A stretch of DNA of 62,542 nt, counting the filler, from Platydemus manokwari (lineage: Eukaryota), in NCBI GenBank assembly GCA_037951405.1. It is 5 parts of 5 records of this genome, joined end to end, with 100 filler letters (N's around TTAATTAATTAA, not from the genome) between each part and the next. Parts side by side here need not be neighbours in the genome. Positions count along the whole stretch, not along the records: positions 1 to 9,011 come from JBBMOY011314427.1; positions 9,112 to 19,321 come from JBBMOY011158105.1; 3 more parts are not named here. One strand, 5' to 3'. This document shows, piece by piece, positions 1-11,835 of this stretch. Both the position numbers and the translations under genes were made by a program. The notes beneath the pieces were generated by a model. That model worked only from the letters and a program-made list of their open reading frames with translations. It was not told the DNA's origin and did no database searches. Numbering within the stretch: the stretch's first letter is position 1; each line of letters begins with the position of its first letter.

Positions 1-40
<40 letters not shown>

Positions 41-75
41 TAATAATAATAATGATAATAATAATAATAATAATA
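1..75. repeat. (AAT)n microsatellite
   Basis: Near-perfect ATAATAATA... array at the window start, seen directly. Confidence 0.95.
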
Positions 76-161
76 TTTAGATCTGCGATCATTTCAAAAT
101 ATTTTATACTTGAGGTCAAGTTATTTTATAATGCATCGATGAGAGTACAATTCATAATAAG

Positions 162-654
162 TGTATACCACCAATATTTAAAAATTCACATATTAGAAAC
201 TAACTGAAAAGTCACTAAATTATATAATTAAATCCAATAAACAAATTAATATAATTTTACATATAATCAGAGTTTATACATTATTAAATTTTTAAAAACA
301 TCAATTATATTTAAATTGCTTACGTCTTTAAAATCTTTGATATTAATTTTATTCCATTTTGTCATTATTTCTACATAAAAACCACAATTCTTCAAACCTT
401 TTTATATCTTCTTTACATCTTCTTTATTTCTTCTCTACATAGTCAAATAATATTTCTCCTTCTTTTTTGTATAATTTTCAGTCATTAATTTTCTCAAAAT
501 CGAAACCAAATGCGTGGTCGTCATGTAAGCCATCACTATTTTAAAAACCACACATTGAAAATGAACTGAAAAGTCACAACACTAAATCATATATTTAAAG
601 TGTTATACAAAATTAAGTCCTTCAAATTTTTAATTCAATTTCAAAATGCTCACA
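162..654 (-). mobile_element. TRIM-like miniature LTR retrotransposon, full copy (family A)
   Basis: On the - strand: 5' LTR 654-524 (TGTGAGC...GGCTTACA), then PBS TGACGACCACG (523-513), a purine-rich internal region, and 3' LTR 324-162. Flanked by a perfect 5-bp TSD ATAAG (157-161 and 655-659). Homologous to 42485-43065. Confidence 0.8.
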
Positions 655-2805
655 ATAAGCATAAATGAATACGATTAATTTTAAATGGTATTTATGTCAA
701 ATTAAATGACCCACGGGAATGCAGATGAGTACATCGAATATTTTCGTCCACATCACATGATGGAAAAGCAGTGGGATATTGAGAATTGATAGAGCCCTTG
801 AAACCAGTTTTGCATCAATCGGGAAATTGGGGTAATTTTTTGCATTTGATAGTAAAAATATTGGCGTTAACATCTTTTGGTTTGACGCATTCACAATATA
901 ATGGTCAGTAACTCATTTATTTGCCTTCTCTAACATTAACAAGTGATTCGAAATTATAAAGCTTACATTATAATTCAGGTTAATGATAATCGGGTATAAA
1001 TCTATGAAAAGAGTCAATCAAAATTAACAATCAAATAAGAAAAGTAATTTTAAAACAAAATATTTAAATTCTTTAGTTCATTTAATAAGAAGTGCCGATA
1101 ATTTTTCACCAGCTATTTACACTTTTTTAAAAATTCAATGTATTTTAATAGATTCTGTTAAAAAATCATTCCTAAATTCACCAATCAATTTATTTCTCGA
1201 TAAAAATAACTTTGATCATGTCAATCAAGGGAAAATTGTTTGAACTTAACTGTCAAATATTGAAAAATTTTATTTCACTTTCTCGATCGGGTGTTCGTTG
1301 GCAAATTGCTTGTGGCTAATCAAGTAATTATATTGCCACAAAATTTTTTCCCCTTGAAATCTGTTTTTTTTATTTATCCGTCGAATAAATAATTTTTTCC
1401 CTACTTTTACAGATCAAAAACATAAAGAGAACGAGCAAAAGAAAGATCTAAATCATATTTTTTCCATCAGAATTGAATTAGATTTGATTGTTTAGCCGAA
1501 AGAAAAATCTGTAATTGTATTTTGGAAAAAATAAAATGTCAACGATTTGCTCGATTCAATTCAGTCATAAAGCAAAGTCAAACGAAAATTTCAGTGAATG
1601 TCTTTGTTGGAATTAGTAGACTGGAAAAATGGAATACTTAGCCAAATTAAAATCTGAGATTTGAATATAAATCTGGATTAGTTTTCGTCAATATTTAGCT
1701 CGATATAGAAACGGAAATTTGGAATCAATTTTGAAACATTAATCCGATTTGATGTAGGACGATTTTTCACCTTTAATCTATGGGAGAAATATATTCGAGC
1801 CAATTAAATAAATATTCTTAGCAATACACTCATTGATTTGGAATGATTTTTCGATTCAATATATGGATGGATTTCTTGAAAACTTTCTCATATTCGACCA
1901 ATATAATTAATTATTTAATTAATTAAATAATTATTTTAATAAAAATAATAAATCGATTGAAATTATAATAAATTAAAAAAAATTAAATTAAATTGAAAAA
2001 ATAAAATTTAATTAAGGAAATTAAAATTTAATTAAAAAATTAAAATTTTAATTAAAAAATTGAAGCTTAATTAAAATTATTATTCACAGATATTCAAAGG
2101 TTCAAATTTTCTGAAAAACGAAACAGATATTCAACGAAACCAACAGCAACTACTGAATAAGTTCGCATTGAAATGAAATTTTTAATTAAAGATGATACAA
2201 TAATAAAAACCCTCGATAATAATTCAATGAAAAGAAGAGATATTTGATCTTTATTTATATATCTAGATTTAATGAATTAATTAGCGAAAATGAACAACAT
2301 GGAATCTTTTTCGAGCTGTGAATGGAAATTCCATTGAAATTGTTTTTCGACATACATTTTTGAAATTCTCTATCAAGATAATTTCTTTTCCACATTTGTA
2401 TATTTCATATCCATGGAATACGCAGGAGATATTATTAGAATATCTACTAATCTTTCGAAATAAATTATATCCATCCCACAGAAATTACACGATGATTAAT
2501 TCGGTTATTGGTAACTTGAAACCAATGGAAAATTCCAATGCATTGCTAGAGTATCATGATAAACCGTAAAAATAATTAGATTGCCATTATATTATTCGAC
2601 TATTAGAATCCACACTTAGTTTTCAGAATTAGACACAATTATTTACAATTATCCTTTGAAGTGATTTAGGTGATTTATCTGAGATGTCGCTATTGAGATG
2701 TTTATTGATTTCTTTCATATATATTTAGAACATTCGGTTGACGTGGGTATTACAATTATAAACGCAGTATATAATGACTATTGAGGTATTTATGGTGATT
2801 ATTAT

Positions 2806-2808
2806 CAC

Positions 2809-2862
<54 letters not shown>
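2806..2862. repeat. (ATT)n microsatellite
   Basis: ATT array seen directly. Confidence 0.9.
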
Positions 2863-2863
<1 letters not shown>

Positions 2864-2867
2864 GTTG

Positions 2868-3765
2868 TGTAAAATTTTAATGTAAAGCATTTTTTTGATA
2901 ATTCAGGGAGATTTTGTTAACAACAGGAATATAATTTAGAATATAATATAATAATATTTTAAACCCCTATTTATAATCCCCATAATTAATAAGAAGCCCG
3001 GAATTTATATAATAAAATTAAAGCCATTAAATTAACCTATAATAAATTCATAAATCAAAACCATACACATAATCAACTTATCTATAAAATAAACAAGCGA
3101 AATAAGTTATCACGTACAGCAAATATCCAGCTAGAATAAAATAATATCCATGCATTAAATAAAATAAATTGCCGTCCATTTAACCACAGAAAATTTCTCT
3201 ACCACAATAAATTCCAGTGCATTAAACAATTAAATAAAATTCACAGAGAATATCTGTGAATGACTTGCTGCTGCCTATATAAGGCAGTGTACGCAATCAT
3301 TAAAACACAGAGAAAGACAGAGACAAGGCACAATAGACACAATAGTTACATTTGAAGAGTTACATTTGATATTCATTATCATTTGATATTCATTAGCATT
3401 TGATATTCATTAGCATTTGATATTCATTAGCATTTGATATTCATTGGATTCGAAAATTAATTGTTAAATAGTTCATTGATATTCATAACCTTTTAAAGAT
3501 ATTATGATGCATGATTACATCGAACCAACTGAGACTGATAGTAACATCAATAACATCAACAAGACAATAATAGAGGTAATAATAAAATCAAATAAATAAA
3601 ATCGATTTCTACGCCGCTTCACTTATCTTCATAAAAGTTGAGAACATACATAGGTCAACCATCTGAGGGTCAAGATAGACTCAGAGAACTTATTAAGTAT
3701 TAGATTTCGATCAAATCCAATAATAATAATAAAGGAAATAAAAGCAGTGACCCCAAAACGTTACA
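2868..3765 (+). mobile_element. Probable solo LTR (about 900 bp) inserted in an ATT microsatellite
   Basis: Termini TGTAAAATTTT...AAAACGTTACA form an imperfect inverted repeat with TG...CA ends. Internal TATA box (CTGCC-TATATAA-GGCAG, about 3271-3287), 17-bp tandem repeats and downstream AATAAA signals. No clear TSD. Confidence 0.55.
3363..3447 (+). repeat. Five tandem copies of 17-bp CATTTGATATTCATTAG
   Basis: Copies start at 3363, 3380, 3397, 3414 and 3431; the first and last differ by one base. Confidence 0.9.
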
Positions 3766-4952
3766 CTTATTCTTATTATTATTCATTATTCCTGCCATAT
3801 GAAAATCTTATCATAGGTCGACCTACCTCATTTTATTCTTTTTGATCATCATTATCACTTACTAACGTTAAAGTCAGACAAAAAAATTGTTGGAAAAATT
3901 TACAAAAACTATTCATACTATTGCAAATATACTGTTTTTGCAAATATTTATTAGTCCCTACAAGCTATACGATCAGCTTATTCGAACTTATTTGCTACTG
4001 ACAACACTAGTCTCGTTAAAATCACCTACTGTTTCATATTCTGGAGACATGTGATTGTCAACGCTTCAGTTTTATTAAAATGAAGATCAGAACATGCTGT
4101 TCTTTACAGTTTGTTAAGCTAATTATTATTACTATTATTTTGTCGTGGGCTATATATTTTCTCCACTCTATAAATAATATTGTAATTCGCATTGATATTT
4201 TTATTTTACAAAATTATGAATTTGAAAAATTCTTTCATAAATTATCGAAGGATATTGCAGTCATACTTAACAGATTGTGTTCCCAAATTTTTCCTCAAAT
4301 TTCACCATTATTTGAATATCAGTTTCAATGCTTCTCTTTTTCCGTTAAATGTTTTTTACTCGTTTATCAGATAAACATCAACTGACCAATCAACAATCAA
4401 AATCTATAAAGGCTCTGATTTTTTTGTTGTGTAAAATAGTGTCTTATTATGTTTGAATTAAATTTTAGATCATTTATGAAAAAAATATTCTTTTTGTCGG
4501 TGTTTCAGTCGATAGATTTTTCTCTCCAACAATAAGAGGAAAACATATGAAAATTCTGGTAGAGAATTATTGATTTTTTAAGTTATGTGGTCTGGAGTGT
4601 TTTAGAGATTTGCTTGGAGTTTAAAGGGGATATTGGATATCAATTGACTAAGAAGCCACGTTAATCCAGTAGATTCACACGATATATTAAAAATCAATGT
4701 CGAAAAATCTAATAATAGAAGTGTAAAAGTAGAAATGGCTTGAAGTCTATGTTAATAAAATGATTACATATGACAAAAGTACAGAATCAATGGTGTCAAG
4801 ATCAAAATAAAAAGTAAATCGTTGAGAAATATTTAAATTGGTTTCAGATGGCTTCATTTCCATATCATATTGGTGATTGAAAAACCATTCTGTTATCGAG
4901 TTGTATATATTTAGGATTGGAACGAAAGTTTTGTCAGATACAAAATAATATT

Positions 4953-5707
4953 TATTTAATCAATAAAGACAATATGTAAATTGAGAAATGTAAACAAAAC
5001 ATCGATCGCCTGTAAATCAAAACAATTTCAATGTTTTATGAAGAAATGTTTAGTTCAAATACATTATTAAATCTTGTTTAAAATGTTTAATTTCTATCTT
5101 AAAATTAAATAATTGTTTCAGATAGATATCATTTAAAAAAATATTAGTTTGTGGCATGCAATGGAGTTTAAGCAAAGTGACTTGAAAAAGCTGCCTTGTT
5201 TTTATGGAAAGATGGAATGAATGCACAAACAATTGAGAAGAAGATTAACTCCATGTTTGGCATCGGTACAGTGTTTGCGAGAACATAAACACAGAAATTT
5301 ACTGCACTCAGTTGAACAAATTCGTAGATACGATTCGAGAAAAGAGGCACTTGTTGTGCGGAAACATTTTTGATAAATTCTATTGCCATCACGAAAACGC
5401 TCGACCGTTTAACTCAAAATAAGTTTCCATAGATCGGTTTTATGTTAATACCGTATCTACCATACTCCCCAGATCTTGCTCCTTCGAGCATCACCTGTTT
5501 TCTCCTTTGAAAAACTCACTTCGTGGGAAATGTATCACTCTGATGTGTCAGCCTTGGAATTCTATGAAAGCGGCATAAAACAACTTCCAGAACGCTGGCA
5601 AAAGTATGTGAACCTTGAAGGTGACTATTTTCAACATTTCAGATTTACAGACGAATGATGTTTTGTTTCTGATTCTCAATTTACATATTTTCTTGATTGG
5701 TTAAATA
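4953..5707 (+). mobile_element. Internally deleted mariner-family DNA transposon
   Basis: About 50-bp imperfect TIRs (4953-5003 and 5657-5707) bounded by TA. Degraded transposase pieces: HTH (DGMNAQTIEKKINSMFGIGTV), HHENARP, PYSPDLAPS and the C-terminal FYESGIKQLPERWQKYVNLEGDYF. Confidence 0.88.
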
Positions 5708-7390
5708 AAAGAAATATTTTCTATCGGACAAGGCTTTCCTTCCAATTCCATATACATAAATGTATTTCCACACTTTTTATTTGAATCTCAATCAATTCTT
5801 TCTTACTTGATTCGCCTTAAAATATGACCACATTACGACGCATATTAAAGCTATACTTGAAATATAATGGCATAAAAATGAAAATATAGAGATTTGATTA
5901 AAAAAATAAGAGCGAAGTGCTTTTGTTTGTTTAAGGTCCAAAACTGTCGTTGAACAGATGTTGGATCTACGTTGATATACGAATTTCCATAATTGATTTT
6001 CTGAAGAACAGATCATTATAATACAAACAATGTGAAGTGGGAGGCCTTGTAAAGTAATAATTTAAAATTATTTTTAAAATAAAACGTTTGAACACTGTGC
6101 TATTGATTGCATTGATTAATTAAATTACATAATTAAATTGAACAAAACAGATCAGATTATATATCGCCGATTAATTTATTATAACATAATGATAATGAAG
6201 TTGTTGATGCATGAAATGATATTTGTACTATCAAATACTTTTGGATTTCGATAGAATCTGATGTTAAATCTTTGGAAAATCGATATTTATATATCATAAA
6301 TTAAGTTGAGAGAGACTATATTTATAACAATTGTTAGAAAGAAAATCAATAAATTCTCCAATCCCAGCTGACAAAACCGGAGAGTATTTATCACCACCTA
6401 AAGAAAACATTCTTATCGATGATATCTCTAAAATTTCATTTCATCAAATCAATTCCTACTCATCCATAAATCCAACCAGTAACAAGATTGACACTATTAT
6501 CGGAAAGTCCGACTATTTTTGTTTTTTTGCAAAATATCCCTTTCCATACATGCCGATATACCACTGACATAATCGATGGTTTTGAGCATTTCGTATTGTC
6601 ATTCGGTTGAAGTAATAATTAAATGACTTCATCTTGGTTTTATTGCTTTTTTATAAGATGTGATTTAAAATAATACGAAGCATGGGAAATATTGATTTGG
6701 TTTCCATTATTCTGAGATAATCTCGGGACAATCATAAAAATGTGCAGATGTTTTGGTGTACAAACTATCGTTCAAATGTTTCAGCCGTGAAACGATGTAG
6801 TTGAAACATCGATGTAGTTGATTGGATAAAGCAGCGAAAGAACTATTTTATAACTGAACTCCTTGAGGTTTCGTGGTAATTTTAAACTTATTAGCTCATT
6901 TAAATAATTGATTACTGAATATCGGAAACCACAAAATCAAGATTGACAAACTCATGAATATTTTATAGAGATAATTACCTAACCCTATACAAAGCTATCA
7001 ATATGACTTTTAAGCTGTCTTCCCATGTAAATCTTTGTATTATCTTGCTAGATGCATATTAAAAATGCGTTGGGCTTTAACTGACCATTTACATGGATTT
7101 ATTTTCTTTGCTGTTTAAAAATTCGTTTACCACCACAAGATCGATATATCTGTATTTTCATAGAGATCTCCCTGAACAAGACCAAGTCATATTAAACAAC
7201 CATTATGAATCTCAACAAATAAATAACAGTTATTTCGAAATAATAGAAACAATTGACTGTTTCTCGTAGCGATTTATTCTATCCCCAAATCAGCCAATAG
7301 AAACAAGCTTAATTCATACATTTATTAGTTCCACAAATTTATTAAAAACCGACTTCTAATTTGTAAATCTGTTTAATAACCATTAGACTA

Positions 7391-8692
7391 ATGAGCAACC
7401 TATGCGATTTCACTGACAGTCCTGATTATCAATATTTTCAAGTATTGTTGAGCCTCAACGATACAGAACTGATCCAAATCACTTCAGACTTCATTCCAGA
7501 ATTCGATCCTCCGAAATTAAGACAAATGATACGGAACAAAATCCCGGGAAAACTATTAATTCAATGTCAAATATTTCATATTATTTGGAATATCTTTCCG
7601 CCCGTACTGTTCTTGATAGGAACTCTCGGTAATACGACGGCTTTTTGTGTTTTGGTCCAACGAAAATTGATCCGAGTTTCGACATATTATTATTTGGCTG
7701 TTTTGGCTTGTTTCGATCAATTAATATTAATAATTGGTTTGCTAAGACGTTGGATTGATAAAGTTGGAGGTATTTCGAGTGAAAACAAGTGGGTCATTTG
7801 GTGTCAAACATTTCAGTTCATCGGTGTATCCACCAGCTTCATGTCCGTATGGTTAATTGTTGTTGTAACTGTAGAACGATTGATTGTCATCAAATTACCT
7901 TTGCGAGTAAAGTCCTATGTCAGCATTAAGAAGACGAAAATGATTATCGTTTGTCTATTTGTAATAGCTGTCACTATAAGCAGTCATTTTTTCCAAACCG
8001 TAGCGCTAGTTAATAGGAATAATTTCTCGATGAAATCCAAACGAATGGGAACAACCCAAAACCAATCTTCGTTGATTTGTGACTTCAAACCCGACTATCT
8101 CACGTTTGCAAAAATTTGGACATTCGTAGATGCGATTCTTTACAGCTGTTTACCTTTATTATTAATGGTGGTGATCAATATCGTTATAGGTCATGGAATT
8201 TATCGGGCCGATCGTAATCGAGGCGAAATGATGCTTGTAAACAACCAATTAAGACCGAGTAAAATGGTCGTCATGAACAAATCGAATTCAACGACAAACA
8301 GATTATTTAGTCATAGCCACGGTTCCGGTCAAACGAATTCACCTTTTCCCAATCGAGAAACACGTCAACTGACGATTATGTTGATGATTGTTTCGTGTAC
8401 ATTTTTAATTACCACCACTCCTTTAGTACTTCGAAATTTCCACATTAAACTGACTGATTACAACAGCTCAGACATTTCTTATTCGACCAATCTCGAATTG
8501 ATGGATACGATATTTGAAATGTTGATGTACACAAATCATGCCATCAATTTCCTGTTGTATTGCGCATCGGGAAAGAAATTCCGCTATCATGTGAGACGAT
8601 TTTTTAGGAAATGTTATTGTGGAAGATCTCAAGAAATGATTACCCAATACAATCGAATAACAACAATTCCTCAAGAACAGTCCACTATTTGA
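7391..8692 (+). CDS. Class A (rhodopsin-like) GPCR, probable neuropeptide receptor (FMRFamide-receptor-like group), single exon
   Basis: 433-aa ORF with seven hydrophobic segments: TM1 GTLGN, TM2 LACFD, TM3 VERLIVI (DRY variant), TM5 YSCLPLLL, TM6 FLITTTP, TM7 NHAINFLLYC, and helix 8 SGKKFR. AATAAA at about 8821. Confidence 0.93.
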   Translation: MSNLCDFTDSPDYQYFQVLLSLNDTELIQITSDFIPEFDPPKLRQMIRNKIPGKLLIQCQIFHIIWNIFPPVLFLIGTLGNTTAFCVLVQRKLIRVSTYYYLAVLACFDQLILIIGLLRRWIDKVGGISSENKWVIWCQTFQFIGVSTSFMSVWLIVVVTVERLIVIKLPLRVKSYVSIKKTKMIIVCLFVIAVTISSHFFQTVALVNRNNFSMKSKRMGTTQNQSSLICDFKPDYLTFAKIWTFVDAILYSCLPLLLMVVINIVIGHGIYRADRNRGEMMLVNNQLRPSKMVVMNKSNSTTNRLFSHSHGSGQTNSPFPNRETRQLTIMLMIVSCTFLITTTPLVLRNFHIKLTDYNSSDISYSTNLELMDTIFEMLMYTNHAINFLLYCASGKKFRYHVRRFFRKCYCGRSQEMITQYNRITTIPQEQSTI

Positions 8693-8937
8693 TAATACTT
8701 GTATTGTTTTTCTTTATTTTGCTTGTCTAAACTGTCGACGAAATGTTTAGAAATTCTAAATCTTTTTTAACAGTTGAAATTTTTGTGTATTGCATTTCAG
8801 ATGTGGTATTTGTCGATTTTAATAAATCTAAATCAGATATTATTATTAATTATTTATCACAGTTTGAATAATTGATTACAATGTGATAATCGATAATTAA
8901 ATTATTAAATAAATTTAATTTTAGTTGCCATTAAAAA

Positions 8938-9011
8938 TATTAGGTTGTTGGGAAAATAATGGCCGTTTTTGCATTGCATATTTAAACTGTTAATATTTAA
9001 CTAAAATCATT
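8938..9011 (+). mobile_element. Mariner-type terminal inverted repeat, truncated by assembly gap
   Basis: TA-TTAGGTTGTTGGGAAAATAATGGCCGTTTTTGCATTG resembles the mariner TIR pattern TA-TTAGGTTGGTGCAAAAGTAATTGCGGTTTTTGCA. Confidence 0.65.
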
Positions 9012-9111
9012 NNNNNNNNNNNNNNNNNNNNNNNNNNNNNNNNNNNNNNNNNNNNTTAATTAATTAANNNNNNNNNNNNNNNNNNNNNNNNNNNNNNNNN
9101 NNNNNNNNNNN
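9012..9111. other. Assembly gap with artificial TTAATTAATTAA linker (same pattern at 19322-19421, 36494-36593, 47258-47357)
   Basis: Identical 44N + TTAATTAATTAA + 44N pattern four times. The 12-mer has stop codons in all six frames. Confidence 0.95.
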
Positions 9112-9768
9112 ATTATAAACAACAACAAACATTATAAAGCACCGTCTATTAATAAACTGAATTTTAAATGAGGAATATTTTTGTTTTTCAACGACAGATG
9201 GGAATGTGTACATCAGAATGAGAAATGATTATATCCGTAGCTCAGAATAAATGCATGACTCTCCCATTTGCTATACATTATTATATACATTTATTTACTA
9301 TAGTAATGTAAGAGATATGCAATTTCAACATATACTCACAATTCAGAGGTAAATGCCGAGGGAAATCAATAGAGTAGTTCTAGATTTGAATCAACCAATG
9401 ATAGAATTACTAATTAATGTCGACTAATAAAACGTATGACGGGACTGATTTATTTAATTGATAACGTGTTAGAATTGTCTGACCGGGTTGCAATAACCGA
9501 TACAATTATAAAACACATTAAAATACTGTATTATTTTATATTATTTTGTATAATGTTGTGTTGTATTTGTTTTTCATTGGCAATGTCCAAAAAATGGATC
9601 AATGGGCGTCATTATTTCAGATAATCTTGGAAATGAAATAACATTTTCCAATCATCTATTCAGTAATGAAATTCAGGAAAAACAAGAAAATTAGCATATT
9701 CATTGACATATATTCATTACAATAATTTAAAATAAATGTATCTTATTTTGGATTGGATTGATTTCAAT

Positions 9769-11835
9769 CTATAGTTTCGTTACATCAGTGGATTGACTTT
9801 GTTCCATGTCTTGATGGAATTTGTTCTGCAAATAAAAATAACCCAAAATCCCCGTAAATACTGCACTGACAGCGACAAGAATAGCACAGATAATGAACAG
9901 ATAAACCATACTCAATTGACCTAATATTTGTCTTAAAATCAATATAAGCACATTTCCCAAAGCGATACACGTATACTCAGCTGCCAATATCATGGTTTTC
10001 ATACTCAACGGTGCTTCACCATAAAGAAAAATACCAGTGTTAACATTGAAAAGAACCTCACCAATTGTTACCATTAAATATGGGATGAATTGCCAAATTA
10101 TTGATGGTAAATTTAATTTTGATTCCGTTATTTTAATAAATGTTGAATGCGTGCTATTCCCCTTTATAAATAAAGTTATTGTCTCTGCCGGAAGCAATGA
10201 AATCTCACCAAGCTTTCTTTTAACAGATTGTGATTGGCTAGTATAATAAACATCGAACAATCCTATCCCACATTTGGAATATTTGCCAAATTGATTTCTC
10301 GTTGAAGATAAACTGAAATCTTTATTAATTCCAATACGACCTTTAAGCTCAATGGTAAAACTCTCGTTAGAATTGATATTGTTAAATATCCGAACGTTTG
10401 TATAACCACCATTGGTCTGTTTAGTCATAGGAGCTGAGGTAAAATTGAGAACAGAGTTTTCTTCATAAATGGCTATGGATGAGATTTTGTTGGTAAAACT
10501 ATTTAATGGAATCTTCAAATTGTACTTATCGGTGCTGACATTAATCATATCATTTTCCTGAATTATCAATTTTTTCATCATCGATTGAGGAATCATCAAT
10601 GTCTGTAAGTGGTATGTTACGGAAACGTTTCCATTCGCCAAATTAACAATGTTCATTTCTCCATTTCCTGAAATCTTTGATTGGACAATTTGATCGATCT
10701 TGAGCTGAATGAAAATCATCGAAATGCATGCGAAAACCGTAAATATTTGACCAGTCATAATTCGATAAGGAACTTTTAAATTTATTTTTGTCAAGCAAGG
10801 ATAGATAAATAACTCGAAAATCGGAATTAAGATCACAACGAGAATCGGATTTAAAGTCATCATTTGATCGGCTTTGATAACGAAACTTTCCGAAATCATA
10901 CCATCCATATACTGTGCTTGTAAGGTCCAGATCGAAGTCATTTGTTCGAAAACTGTCCAAAATATTGGATGAGCCAGCAGAAATATCAGTAAACCTTTAA
11001 TAACTTTGATATCGTTAATAAATGATTCGTCGAATCTTTCTCTAGCATAATCCAACCACGATGAACCTTTCGGAGGTTTACCCAAAGCAATACGTTTTTT
11101 CAATGCCAGATGAATGCATCGAAAAATATTGAGCAATAGATTATTGGTGGGTTTGAATATCACAAAATATTTCTTTAATAATCCAATCAAAATCAAAGAA
11201 AATGACAACGTCGACAAAAGAAATGAGACAAAAAAAACCAACGGATAACATTCAATACCAAAACAATAGATATCCTTGTGCATTATTGGAGCAGTGTAAG
11301 CTATAATAATGATGCCAAAATTGTTAATGAAGTAAATTATGTGCATGAATGTTCCTAGTAAGGTTTTGTCATTCTGTGGAATCTGATCTGCAATTATCGC
11401 TCTTACAGCCGGTCCAACAAGACCACCTGAAATCGCAATCAAAAAATAACTCACCAGAATACCTTCTGTTTGACTATAAATTGACAAAACACTTGTCAAA
11501 CCGACTAGCAATAAATAGAACGGAAAAATATATAAATATGTTCTCGATCTACCAATGAAACTATCAGCAAGTATTGCTCCGAATATATTCAGAAACATCC
11601 CGAGGCCGGATTTAGCATGATGTATTGTTGTACTACTTGAATCGGAAAACTTGAGCATTGAAGCCATATAGATGGGCATAGATAGAATGAAGCAATAATT
11701 CCCCATTCCATTTAGTAATTGATAAAGTATCATTAATTTCCCACCGCATGGGAAATTGAATCGATCTTTCAATGTGGATCTCTTCTTATCAGTATCATCG
11801 ATTTCCTCCTTTTTCTCCACCGAATTTGAACTCAT
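9769..11835 (-). CDS. Proton-dependent oligopeptide transporter family (POT/PTR2), SLC15A1/2 (PepT)-like, single exon
   Basis: 688-aa ORF. PTR2 signature GAILADSFIGRSRT; CFGIECYPLVF, PIFWTVFEQMTSIWTLQA, ADQMMTLNPILVVILIP and WQFIPYLMVTIGEVLF...YGEAPLSMKT match PepT1/2 motifs. Large hydrophilic domain between TM9 and TM10. Confidence 0.92.
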   Translation of the reverse strand: MSSNSVEKKEEIDDTDKKRSTLKDRFNFPCGGKLMILYQLLNGMGNYCFILSMPIYMASMLKFSDSSSTTIHHAKSGLGMFLNIFGAILADSFIGRSRTYLYIFPFYLLLVGLTSVLSIYSQTEGILVSYFLIAISGGLVGPAVRAIIADQIPQNDKTLLGTFMHIIYFINNFGIIIIAYTAPIMHKDIYCFGIECYPLVFFVSFLLSTLSFSLILIGLLKKYFVIFKPTNNLLLNIFRCIHLALKKRIALGKPPKGSSWLDYARERFDESFINDIKVIKGLLIFLLAHPIFWTVFEQMTSIWTLQAQYMDGMISESFVIKADQMMTLNPILVVILIPIFELFIYPCLTKINLKVPYRIMTGQIFTVFACISMIFIQLKIDQIVQSKISGNGEMNIVNLANGNVSVTYHLQTLMIPQSMMKKLIIQENDMINVSTDKYNLKIPLNSFTNKISSIAIYEENSVLNFTSAPMTKQTNGGYTNVRIFNNINSNESFTIELKGRIGINKDFSLSSTRNQFGKYSKCGIGLFDVYYTSQSQSVKRKLGEISLLPAETITLFIKGNSTHSTFIKITESKLNLPSIIWQFIPYLMVTIGEVLFNVNTGIFLYGEAPLSMKTMILAAEYTCIALGNVLILILRQILGQLSMVYLFIICAILVAVSAVFTGILGYFYLQNKFHQDMEQSQSTDVTKL

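Noticed and set aside
3363-3447. Regular short repeats that could be mistaken for a CRISPR array
   Set aside because: Head-to-tail 17-bp units with no spacers, a eukaryotic context and no cas genes.
9056-9067. TTAATTAATTAA islands centred in N runs (four times)
   Set aside because: Identical 44N-12-44N layout with six-frame stops indicates a scaffolding linker, not biology. Adjacency across these gaps is uncertain.
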